This document shows, in pieces, positions 8,453 through 16,659 of a DNA stretch of 64,000 nucleotides. A program made the position numbers and the translations under genes. The DNA is from Minisyncoccota bacterium. Its GTDB lineage: Bacteria > Patescibacteriota > Minisyncoccia > Phycocordibacterales > GWA1-40-21. The stretch is taken from NCBI GenBank assembly GCA_041656855.1, contig JBBACS010000003.1:4902-68901 (forward strand). Reading direction: 5' to 3'. Below the pieces are notes generated by a model. The model was not told where the DNA came from. It searched no databases and saw only the letters and a program-made list of their open reading frames with translations. Numbering within the stretch: position 1 is the first letter of the stretch; each line of letters begins with the position of its first letter.

Positions 8453-9229
8453 TTATTCGGTAGCAAGCCGAATATGGCCGCATTGGCCATTCAAACTTTC
8501 AACCACCTTCATTACATCATCAATCTGAGGTTCATAAGCGGTAATTTTATCGCCATTTTTAAGTTTAAGAGTTACCAGTTTACTGTGAGTTTGAAATACG
8601 CTTTCCACCTCACAATTATTAATAGCTGTTAAAACTATATTCCAGTTACTATTGGCTTCATCAGTAAAGTTTCGACCGTCGGGAGTAGCACATTGTGACG
8701 GGTTGGATTTCATTATAGAAAAGCCAGCAGTAACACAATCATCAAAATTTCTGATCGTGGCCAATAGTTCGTTGCATCTTTCATGGCTCACCATATCACT
8801 TTTAGGTAGACATTCTTTTAATTTGTCGGTTAATGTAGTGTCTTTCGTGACTAGATTTTCAGCAATACTCCACAAAGAATAATACCGGCTATAGTATCTA
8901 TGGACAGCAACAGCGCTCGTTTTGTCATCTGATTTAAAAAAATAACCTGACCCAATTTGTTCTGTAAAATCATAACCCTTTTCTTTCATGAAAGATTTGA
9001 TTATCTCTAGTTTATCACTTTTTGTAATATACTTATTTTCTCCTATATCTAATTTTACAATGTCTTTATTACCAAAATTTAATTGGGCTATTCCTTTTAT
9101 TTGCGGCCAAGGATTACCTTCCTGAAAGATAGCTGGGAAGTAAAAAAGTATAAAAACACCTAGCAGTAAAATAATAATGGAGGTAATAAGTAGAACATTT
9201 TTATTTTTTAATGAGTGTTCAAAAATCAT
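8453..9229 (-). CDS. hypothetical membrane-anchored/secreted protein
   Basis: 258-aa ORF with a single N-terminal TM (VLLITSIIILLLGVFILFYF). Several Cys residues in the C-terminal half. Confidence 0.6.
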   Translation of the reverse strand: MIFEHSLKNKNVLLITSIIILLLGVFILFYFPAIFQEGNPWPQIKGIAQLNFGNKDIVKLDIGENKYITKSDKLEIIKSFMKEKGYDFTEQIGSGYFFKSDDKTSAVAVHRYYSRYYSLWSIAENLVTKDTTLTDKLKECLPKSDMVSHERCNELLATIRNFDDCVTAGFSIMKSNPSQCATPDGRNFTDEANSNWNIVLTAINNCEVESVFQTHSKLVTLKLKNGDKITAYEPQIDDVMKVVESLNGQCGHIRLATE

Positions 9230-9420
9230 AGTGGATTATTATTTTTCTTCTTGCTCCTGATCACAACGACTATAATGACAATAATGAGTATGAGACCTAT
9301 CCCTTGCAATCCTGGACTATCATCAAATTCACCGAATACAATAAAAAATGTTCCCAACAATATTGCTAGAATTTTCGGGGTCCAGTATAAGATTTTATTT
9401 TTTATATCAGAATAGTTCAT
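9226..9420 (-). CDS. small membrane protein
   Basis: 64-aa ORF with two TM helices. Its stop overlaps the next ATG (ATGA, 9226-9229), suggesting translational coupling. Confidence 0.55.
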   Translation of the reverse strand: MNYSDIKNKILYWTPKILAILLGTFFIVFGEFDDSPGLQGIGLILIIVIIVVVIRSKKKNNNPL

Positions 9421-9508
9421 TTGTTTGTATTATATCTTAAAAATTCACTTTATTAAAAGACTGATTTTTATAATAAAACAAAAAAGCGACCAAAAGTCGT
9501 TATTTTTG

Positions 9509-9656
9509 TTTACAATTCTTTCGGCATTAGAATCACAGCTTTGTAGCTCTCCCTCGATTCTACGCGATAAAAATGTCCTAGCGGAATAAGTGAGTCTGGG
9601 ACCAAAATTTTATAAAACTAAAGCGAACCGGTCGCAAAACCAGTCGCTCACTCTTG
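9509..9656 (-). ncRNA. rearranged fragment of the mimic-element family directly downstream of tRNA-His
   Basis: On the minus strand it shares tgagcgac...ctttag, ggtcccagac, agcggaataagtga (inverted), gaatcgagggagag and cacagct with type II copies. No closing tRNA-like stem is present. Confidence 0.4.
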
Positions 9657-9728
9657 GGTGGCTATCGGGGGTTGAACCCGAACAAAGAGTTCCACAAACT
9701 CTTGTGCTACCGCTACACCATAGCCACC
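9657..9728 (-). tRNA. tRNA-His (GUG)
   Basis: Cloverleaf read by eye: G-1 plus gtggcta / tagccac acceptor, anticodon arm agagt-ttGTGga-actct, T-arm tcggg-ttcaacc-cccga, discriminator C. No complete encoded CCA. Confidence 0.9.
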
Positions 9729-9778
9729 ATTAGCGAACTCGCTATTTATAACAGATTTTTACAATAAAATCTAGGATT

Positions 9779-10303
9779 TTAATATTTCGGAGCAATCTCT
9801 TCTCCACTTTCCTTTGCACTCTGCCTTGCAAGTGCATACAAAAGACTTGATAAACGGTTTAAGTATACAAGGGTTTCAGTATCAATTTTTGTGATTCCTT
9901 CATCACTCACAGCAACGACCCTTCTCTCAGCGCGTCTTGCAAGAGTTCTAGCAAAATCAAAATCTGCAGAAATTTCATTTGCACCAGAAATAAGAAAGGA
10001 TTTTATTGGAGAAAGCTCCTTCTCTATATTATTGATAATTTTCTCAAGATTTTTTACTTCTCTTTCATTGATTTTTTTATCTGCACCTGCAACTTCTGCC
10101 TGAATAATAAAAAGGTTATTTTGAATCGCGTGAATTAATTCTTTATTTTCTTTATCATTTATTTTAGCCTTTATTACCCCCAAATATGAATTGATTTCAT
10201 CTAAACAGCCAAGTGCTTCAGCTATAGCTGAACTTTTTGAAAGTCTCTGATCACAACCGAATATATTCGTCTTTCCATCATCTCCTTTTTTTGTGTATAA
10301 CAT
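9779..10303 (-). CDS. PduO-type ATP:cob(I)alamin adenosyltransferase family protein
   Basis: MLYTKKGDDGKTNIFGCDQRLSKSSAIAEALGCLDEINSYLG is the family N-terminal signature. Confidence 0.8.
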   Translation of the reverse strand: MLYTKKGDDGKTNIFGCDQRLSKSSAIAEALGCLDEINSYLGVIKAKINDKENKELIHAIQNNLFIIQAEVAGADKKINEREVKNLEKIINNIEKELSPIKSFLISGANEISADFDFARTLARRAERRVVAVSDEGITKIDTETLVYLNRLSSLLYALARQSAKESGEEIAPKY

Positions 10304-10316
10304 TTTATGTTCGTTA

Positions 10317-10988
10317 TTATATCAAACCCGCAATATATTGTGCGCCTCCAAGCCAAAATATCATTGCCAAAACTACGTAAAAACCAAAATGTATCATATA
10401 GCTATAGATAAAGCCCTTCTTGGATTTAGTAATACAATAAGAAAATATAAGACCCGCAAAAAATGAAACACCAAAAAGTATCTTTCCCATAGATGAATCA
10501 ACAAAAAGTATCGGAAAATGTATAAACATTGCATATAAACCAAACAAAATCATATCTATCTTTTTTGAAACATTATTATTAAAAAGATAATAAATGCTTA
10601 TCATAAAAAATGTCTGCTGAAACATTATTTCAAAAGCTTTTGTTACTAAAAATTTATCATCCAGCTGAAGAATCGGTGGCAAACTGTTTTTTATTGCATA
10701 AAGTGAGTTTCCTTCTATTAAAAGACTTACAAAATAATAAATTGAGGTAACAGCTACAGAAAAAATTACCATAATCAATAAGTCTTTGGCAGAAAAATTA
10801 TCTACATAGTTTCCAATCTCTTTTTTAAATATAGAAGTCAAAGCAACTATTATAAGCAAAAAGTAAACCGACGTTAGAATATACCTATTTTCATAATCTA
10901 TTCCTTGTGGTTGTAAATAAAGAATAAAAACAGCCCATACAGAGAACCAAACAAATGATAAACCAAATATTTTAAAAAATGTTTTCAT
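10317..10988 (-). CDS. polytopic membrane protein (weak CPBP/Abi-like resemblance only)
   Basis: 223 aa with about 7 hydrophobic helices. The IHF/MIHF histidines are reminiscent of CPBP proteases, but the motifs are incomplete. Confidence 0.55.
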   Translation of the reverse strand: MKTFFKIFGLSFVWFSVWAVFILYLQPQGIDYENRYILTSVYFLLIIVALTSIFKKEIGNYVDNFSAKDLLIMVIFSVAVTSIYYFVSLLIEGNSLYAIKNSLPPILQLDDKFLVTKAFEIMFQQTFFMISIYYLFNNNVSKKIDMILFGLYAMFIHFPILFVDSSMGKILFGVSFFAGLIFSYCITKSKKGFIYSYMIHFGFYVVLAMIFWLGGAQYIAGLI

Positions 10989-10996
10989 AATTTTTG

Positions 10997-11080
10997 TGCT
11001 CGGGAGAAGACTCGAACTTCCAAGCCCTTGCGGGCGCTACCACCTCAAGGTAGTGCGTCTACCAATTTCGCCACCCGAGC
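10997..11080 (-). tRNA. tRNA-Leu (GAG)
   Basis: gctcggg acceptor, anticodon arm ctacc-ttGAGgt-ggtag, long variable arm, T-arm ggaag-ttcgagt-cttct(c). No mimic element follows it. Confidence 0.85.
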
Positions 11081-11123
11081 ATCTGAAAAGCAATAATATA
11101 CCAAACCTATGCTTTTTCCAAGT

Positions 11124-11150
11124 AAAAAACCCGCTCTCGCGGGGTTTTTT
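11124..11150 (-). terminator. intrinsic terminator after rplS
   Basis: On the minus strand: aaaaaaccccgcgagagcgggtttttt. Confidence 0.75.
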
Positions 11151-11158
11151 ACTTATGA

Positions 11159-11575
11159 TTATTTTGCCTCTTTTTTATCAGCCTTCTTAGTATCTGTATT
11201 GCTTTCTTTTCTTGCTCCTAGAAGTTCGCTCTTTAAATGTCTCTTTAGCTCTTTGGTAGCTTTTTCTCTGATGTAATAAAGTTTTGCTCTTCTTACTTGT
11301 GCTCTCTTCAAAATTTCTATTGAATCAATAACAGGTGAATATAATGGAAAAATTCTTTCAACACCTACTTCATCTATAACCTTTCTTACTGTAAAAGTGC
11401 CGCCATTTTCTTTTCCATGTTTAATAGCCAAAATCATTCCTTCAAAAGCCTGAAGTCTTATCTTATCTCCCTCCTTAATTTTCTGCCAAACACGAACGGT
11501 ATCACCAGATCTCATATCAATCTTCTTTCTTGCATCCATATCTATTGGTGAAATTTTAATATTCTTTAATTCCAT
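11159..11575 (-). CDS. rplS: 50S ribosomal protein L19
   Basis: GDTVRVWQKIKEGDKIRLQAFEGMILAIKHGKENGGTFTVRKV..GVERIFPLYSPVIDSIEILK, with a basic C-terminal tail. Confidence 0.95.
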   Translation of the reverse strand: MELKNIKISPIDMDARKKIDMRSGDTVRVWQKIKEGDKIRLQAFEGMILAIKHGKENGGTFTVRKVIDEVGVERIFPLYSPVIDSIEILKRAQVRRAKLYYIREKATKELKRHLKSELLGARKESNTDTKKADKKEAK

Positions 11576-11622
11576 AAGTGGTTAGTAATTTAGCACATTA
11601 AATTAATTATTACAACATTAAA

Positions 11623-12351
11623 CTATCTCTTTATCTTTTTAATAGCTTCTTCAAAATCTTCTGGATATGGGGCTGTAATTTTCAATAATTTTTTTGACGG
11701 CAACGTTATTTCTAATTCCCTTGCGTGAAGAGCCGTTCTTTTGAAACCTAATTGTTGTTTTTTCTTTAAATAAAACTCTGTGGCATAAAGCTTATCTTGG
11801 ACCAAAGGATGATTTATAGAGGTAAGATGAACTCTTATCTGATGGGTTCTCCCTGTTTTTGGTATAGCTTCAATAAAAGTAATATCATCTTTTTTACCCA
11901 AAACTTTAAAATATGTTACCGCTTCGCGCATCTCTCCACGTGCGCCTCTTGTTGCAGTCCATTTGCGAAAATCTGTTGAGCTTCTTCCTATCGGCCTATC
12001 TATCATTCCTCTTTCATCTTTCAAATCTCCATAAACAAAAGCTTGATAAACTTTGTGAACTTTCCTGTTTTTAAATTGTCCTTTTAAAAATTCAAAAGCT
12101 TCTTTATTTTTTGCAATTATAAGAGCTCCTGAAGTGTCCCTGTCTATCCTGTGAACGATTCCCGGTCTCAATATCTTTGTTCCGTCATCTAAAAGTATTG
12201 GTTCTCCAATATTTTTTATCTTTGGATATTTTTTCAAAATCCAATCAACCAAAGTTTTTACTTTAATTTTTCCATCAGGATGAACGACAAGCCCAGCTGG
12301 CTTGTTTATGACGACAACATCTTTATCTTCGTAGAGAATGGGGATTTTCAT
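11623..12351 (-). CDS. RluA-family pseudouridine synthase
   Basis: DKDVVVINKPAGLVVHP, HRIDRDTSGALIIAK and TGRTHQIRVHL. Confidence 0.9.
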   Translation of the reverse strand: MKIPILYEDKDVVVINKPAGLVVHPDGKIKVKTLVDWILKKYPKIKNIGEPILLDDGTKILRPGIVHRIDRDTSGALIIAKNKEAFEFLKGQFKNRKVHKVYQAFVYGDLKDERGMIDRPIGRSSTDFRKWTATRGARGEMREAVTYFKVLGKKDDITFIEAIPKTGRTHQIRVHLTSINHPLVQDKLYATEFYLKKKQQLGFKRTALHARELEITLPSKKLLKITAPYPEDFEEAIKKIKR

Positions 12352-12408
12352 AAATTTATTTTAATAATTTAGCATAGATTTGAGGGAAGTGCTATTTGGA
12401 TAAATGCA

Positions 12409-12523
12409 TGGGATTCTGTCACAGCTCTTTTCTTCGCCGTCGCTCAGAAAAAGTTGCGACCCCGACTCAGCTGATTTTTCTACTGAAAAATCAGCTTCCG
12501 TCTTTCGAATCCCTTAGCACCCA
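12409..12523 (-). ncRNA. tRNA-cognate minihelix-mimic element, Val-type (type II, 3' end truncated)
   Basis: The minus strand begins gggtgctaagggattcgaa, which is antisense to the tRNA-Val 3' end. Then an 11-bp hairpin agctgattttt..aaaaatcagct and the hairpin ctttttc-TGAGCGACGGCGAA-gaaaag. It ends gaatccca. Confidence 0.6.
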
Positions 12524-12577
12524 ATAAAAAATGGCCAAATGCTCCATGTATTCGCATTTGACCTATTTTTTAATCAG

Positions 12578-12651
12578 TGGGCGCTAAGGGATTCGAACCC
12601 CTGACCCCCTCAGTGTAAATGAGGTGCTCTAACCAACTGAGCTAAGCGCCC
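12578..12651 (-). tRNA. tRNA-Val (UAC)
   Basis: gggcgct acceptor, anticodon arm cctca-ttTACac-tgagg, T-arm agggg-ttcgaat-ccctt. Confidence 0.9.
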
Positions 12652-12707
12652 TAATAACTAACGACATTTATATTACATGAAAAATAAGAAAAAACAAATA
12701 AATATCA

Positions 12708-13733
12708 CTAAACACTCTTGAATTTGTTCAAATCTAAATAAACCAATTTTGCTCTACCTTCAGATTCAATAATAGGAAATATTATCTTTTTACCAACAAC
12801 TTTTTTGTCATGAATAATCATTCCCAAATCAACTTTCATACTTTGATCTATTTTAATCCCTAGAGTTTTTAATAAGTTTAACAAATTTTCTCTAACTCGA
12901 GGTTTAGTTAGCCAAAGTGATTCGGTGAAAGCCAACTCTTTAATCATTCCAATGAGCACTGCTCTTCCATGACTAATCTTATATTTTAATTCAATAGCAT
13001 GTCCAAACGTGTGCCCAACATTAAGTGCCTGCCTGATATTATTATCTTTAAAATCATTTTTAACAAAATATTCTTTCACTTTAATAGACTTATTTATAAT
13101 TATTGGCAAATCATGACTTTTGACTAAAGTTCTAATAGAATATTTTTTAAGAAAAGATAATATTGAAGTATCTTTTATCAAACCAGCTTTAATTATTTCA
13201 CCGAGCCCATCAATGACTTGTTCATTAGATAATGATTTCATAAAGCGAGTATCAATAATTGTAGACACAGGCAAATAAAAACTACCAATTAGATTTTTAT
13301 ATTCTAAAAAATCAACAGCAGTTTTTCCACCATGAGAACTATCTACTTGTGCCAATAATGTTGTTGGCACTTGAATATATTTTATTCCACGGAGATATAT
13401 AGACGAAGCAAAGCCAACAATGTCCCCAACTGTGCCACCTCCAAAAGCAATAACAATACTTTTTCTATCGAGATTAAGATTTAAAAATTTCTCGAGTAAT
13501 TTTTCTAATTCATTCCAGCTTTTTGCTTTTTCACCATCAGGAATTATAATAATGTTTGATTTTTTGATACCAATTTCTTTAATAGCCCAATTTAATTTTT
13601 TAGATAATTTTAAAGAGGTAACGAGACAAACTTTTGATGGTTTTTGAACTTTTAATATTTTGTGGATTGATTTTAAAGAGTGTGTAAGGGACATGGAAAT
13701 ATTATAACATGACAAACATAATACAAATTTCAT
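12708..13733 (-). CDS. aroB: 3-dehydroquinate synthase-like sugar phosphate cyclase
   Basis: IAFGGGTVGDIVGFASSIYLRGIKYIQVPTTLLAQVDSSHGGKTAVD and NVGHTFGHAIE. The track start 13766 is a TTG; ATG candidates are 13733 and 13694. Confidence 0.8.
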   Translation of the reverse strand: MKFVLCLSCYNISMSLTHSLKSIHKILKVQKPSKVCLVTSLKLSKKLNWAIKEIGIKKSNIIIIPDGEKAKSWNELEKLLEKFLNLNLDRKSIVIAFGGGTVGDIVGFASSIYLRGIKYIQVPTTLLAQVDSSHGGKTAVDFLEYKNLIGSFYLPVSTIIDTRFMKSLSNEQVIDGLGEIIKAGLIKDTSILSFLKKYSIRTLVKSHDLPIIINKSIKVKEYFVKNDFKDNNIRQALNVGHTFGHAIELKYKISHGRAVLIGMIKELAFTESLWLTKPRVRENLLNLLKTLGIKIDQSMKVDLGMIIHDKKVVGKKIIFPIIESEGRAKLVYLDLNKFKSV

Positions 13734-13768
13734 ACGCTTTTCCTTTGGGGCCCAACCCAAACTCAAAG

Positions 13769-13901
13769 CCCCCTTGGCAGGAAGTTCGACCGTTACACGG
13801 TCAGTACCCCCATTGGAGATTTTGTTTCGCTACACTCACAAAATCTGCTCAATGGGGCTTCGATTCCTGACGTGAGCAAAGACTTTTGCTCACTCCAAGG
13901 C
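13769..13901 (-). ncRNA. tRNA-cognate minihelix-mimic element, Arg(UCU)-type (type I)
   Basis: On the minus strand: gccttgg, hairpin gtgagcaaa..tttgctcac, tcaggaatcgaa (antisense of the T-arm), ccccattg..caatgggg helix, gtactg-gaccgTGTAAcggtc-gaa, then cttcctgccaaggg. Confidence 0.65.
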
Positions 13902-13945
13902 ACAAAATTAAAATCACCCATTTACTATGGGTGATTTTAATTTTG

Positions 13946-14017
13946 TGCCCTTGGCAGGAATCGAACCTACATCAAAGCCTTAGAAGAGCTCTGTTCTATC
14001 CATTGAACTACAAGGGC
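13946..14017 (-). tRNA. tRNA-Arg (UCU)
   Basis: gcccttg acceptor, D-arm gttc-aatggata-gaac, anticodon loop ctTCTaa, T-arm gtagg-ttcgatt-cctgc. Confidence 0.85.
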
Positions 14018-14055
14018 ATGGATATTTTCTGTTAAGCCCAAACAATATAACAGTT

Positions 14056-14382
14056 TTATATAGAAGGGTCAACCAAATTCTGTATTTTTAAAGTTGTTAT
14101 CCTTGCTTTTTGAGCTTCAAAATTATCGAGAATTTTTTGTAATTCAGTAGTTTTCAAATCTTCAATAACAAGTTCTTCTCTCTTTACACTCACATACATA
14201 TCTCCACTCACTATTTGTTGATACATATAAGCATCAAATCCTATGGAAGCTATTATTAAAATAACAAATAAAATTATTAAAATATTCCAATCTCTTTTAG
14301 GATTTACTATTTTACCAGACAAAGAAATTTCTTCTAAAAAGGATTTATTTGTTTTTATTTTTGTTTTAGAAATATTATTCAT
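14056..14382 (-). CDS. small single-pass membrane protein in the pilus cluster
   Basis: 108-aa ORF, 4 nt after pilO, with one TM (WNILIILFVILIIASIGF). Confidence 0.55.
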   Translation of the reverse strand: MNNISKTKIKTNKSFLEEISLSGKIVNPKRDWNILIILFVILIIASIGFDAYMYQQIVSGDMYVSVKREELVIEDLKTTELQKILDNFEAQKARITTLKIQNLVDPSI

Positions 14383-14386
14383 AATG

Positions 14387-14947
14387 TTATTTTACATCTT
14401 TTATTTTTACTGCTGTAAATTCGAAATTCCCAGACCATGCCGGAATTTTTCTGCCCTGTATTATGTAATCAGAAAACTTATTAAGAGATATCTTTTTTAT
14501 CTCTATTTTTAAAGGGAAATTTTCCAAAGACTTCAAGAAAAACTGAACATTTTTCCACTCTCCTATAACATTTATACTTATATGCAATAGTTCAAATCCA
14601 ATTGCATCACCTTTAGCATAGGGTTCATTCGTTACGGTTTGTATGTCATATTTTAAACCAGTATTGGATACTAATTGTTCAAGCGTTTTTATAAATTCCA
14701 CAGTACCTCCACTTGGTATAATATAAGCAGATAATTTGTCCTGATAGATTTTCCCTTGTATCAAATCGTTTTTCATTAATACTATGGCATCTTCTTTCTT
14801 CAATTCTGTTTTTATATCATTTTCTCTATTTACAGATTCTGTAATTTGATTTTTTGTAAAATTAAATAAGAATATAAAAACGCCTATTGATAGTATATCT
14901 ATCAACAAAAGAATAATTACCAATATTTTTGTTTCTTTTTTAGGCAT
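14387..14947 (-). CDS. pilO: type IV pilus assembly protein PilO-like
   Basis: N-terminal TM plus a coiled region and a ferredoxin-like C-terminus. It sits immediately after pilM and pilN. Confidence 0.65.
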   Translation of the reverse strand: MPKKETKILVIILLLIDILSIGVFIFLFNFTKNQITESVNRENDIKTELKKEDAIVLMKNDLIQGKIYQDKLSAYIIPSGGTVEFIKTLEQLVSNTGLKYDIQTVTNEPYAKGDAIGFELLHISINVIGEWKNVQFFLKSLENFPLKIEIKKISLNKFSDYIIQGRKIPAWSGNFEFTAVKIKDVK

Positions 14948-14948
14948 A

Positions 14949-15494
14949 TTATTTATTTTTATATATTAAGGTAGCAGAAAATTCAGAATTAGTACTCTTT
15001 ATAAAATTTGATACTGGGAATATTACACTTTCAAAGAACCCGTCAACTCTAATCTCTTTATCAAATAAAGTTAAGCTGTCTCTGGTTTTTGCAATACCAT
15101 TTATTAAGATCTTTTTACTATTCGTGTTAGCTTCTTCAGAAATGTTAATAGATGAAATCTTAATATCTTTATCTTTTAAAGATACGACCTTATTTATAAT
15201 ATCGCTATAAGCCATATTGGAAACATTATTATTAGAAAGAGCCACAACCAACCTATTCACATTTTTTATAAATATAGTAGGGTCTCCATCTTTATTTATA
15301 TTTTTTTGTTTAGTTAATTCTAATTGACTATTAACAGTATCATTCTTGTATTTAGCAAAGAAAAATGATGGGACAAATAAAGAAATCAATACGAAACTAG
15401 ATAAAAAAACAAATAATAACAAAAAAACTGTCACTCTGAGCAAATACTCAAAAATAATTTTATTTTTATTTTTTTGTGGTAAAAAATTAAGCAT
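14949..15494 (-). CDS. pilN: type IV pilus assembly protein PilN-like
   Basis: The N-terminus MLNFLPQK resembles the PilN INLLP motif, followed by one TM. The start overlaps the pilM stop by 8 nt. Confidence 0.7.
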   Translation of the reverse strand: MLNFLPQKNKNKIIFEYLLRVTVFLLLFVFLSSFVLISLFVPSFFFAKYKNDTVNSQLELTKQKNINKDGDPTIFIKNVNRLVVALSNNNVSNMAYSDIINKVVSLKDKDIKISSINISEEANTNSKKILINGIAKTRDSLTLFDKEIRVDGFFESVIFPVSNFIKSTNSEFSATLIYKNK

Positions 15495-16590
15495 TTGTTT
15501 GTTTATAAGATGAAACCACCAAACCTATAGGTGTTACAAAATCTAAAGAATCATTAAATTTCATATTGGCGACAAATTCTTTGGTATCAAAAACATTTGA
15601 CCAGGCATTGGCCAATACCACTTCAGTTTTTATATTTTGATTTATGTGTTTAGCCAAGCCAGGTAACGTAGAACTTCTACCGCATAATATTATTTTATAT
15701 ACCTTTTTCGCAGATGGTGACTTTGGATCAGAGAATTTGTCTTCAATGTATCCATTGAATCTCTCTGCTTCATCTTTTAAGACAGAAAAAATATTCACTA
15801 ATGATTCATAAGATTCTTTTGTATATGTAGTTTCAAAAGAAAAATCACTTGCAAAAAAATTACCACTTATAAGCTCATCCGAAAACAAACCTGTTTTTAA
15901 AAGTCTTTCTCTTATCATATTTTCTCCTATTGCCACAGTTGAAGTAAATCTTACTACCCCCTTTATAACAGCAATGAATACGGTGGAATCATCTTTTATT
16001 TTTATTATTATAAAATTTCTCATATCATCTTTTGGAATTACAGAATTAGCAATCATTTTTGATCCTAGCTCAAAAGAAAGAGGGTAAAGATTTGCTTGAT
16101 TAAGCACCTCTGTGTAATCAGAAATTACCATTTTGGGGATAACAGACACATTTACAATCAAATCCTTCATTGTTTTAGGACTATGATTTACAACTTCATA
16201 TTCAAAATACACTTCTTCTAATTTGAGCGGAACATTTTCTTCTATTTTAAATTCTAAGGCCTCTCTAATATCTGTTTTTGCTTCCTTGGGTATTTGAGTA
16301 TCAAAAATATAAGTTTTTTCTTCCGGTATAGAAACTTTTACAAAATCGGAAGAAATATTATTTTTAACTTCTATAAGCGCTTTTGCCAGAGCATCTCTGT
16401 TCAAAACGTCGCCATCTTTTACAACGTTGGGAGCAATAGAAACTTCTCCAAAATTTTTAATAGAAAATACACCTTTTTTATTAAAAAATTCAATATACTT
16501 TATAGATTTATTGCATATTTCCACACCAGCAACAGGTAAGGACAGATAGTCTGGTATATAAAATAATTTTTTAAAAAAATTGGCCTTCAT
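15487..16590 (-). CDS. pilM: type IV pilus assembly ATPase-fold protein PilM
   Basis: 367-aa actin/HSP70-like fold pattern (GVEICNKSIKYIEF..., IIKIKDDSTVFIAV, ILCGRSSTLPGLAKHI) upstream of pilN and pilO. Confidence 0.8.
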   Translation of the reverse strand: MKANFFKKLFYIPDYLSLPVAGVEICNKSIKYIEFFNKKGVFSIKNFGEVSIAPNVVKDGDVLNRDALAKALIEVKNNISSDFVKVSIPEEKTYIFDTQIPKEAKTDIREALEFKIEENVPLKLEEVYFEYEVVNHSPKTMKDLIVNVSVIPKMVISDYTEVLNQANLYPLSFELGSKMIANSVIPKDDMRNFIIIKIKDDSTVFIAVIKGVVRFTSTVAIGENMIRERLLKTGLFSDELISGNFFASDFSFETTYTKESYESLVNIFSVLKDEAERFNGYIEDKFSDPKSPSAKKVYKIILCGRSSTLPGLAKHINQNIKTEVVLANAWSNVFDTKEFVANMKFNDSLDFVTPIGLVVSSYKQTNA

Positions 16591-16659
16591 AAACTAATAT
16601 GAATTATACCAAAAAACTAATCTTTCGGGAATGACTGTAAAAAAATAATACTTGATAAA

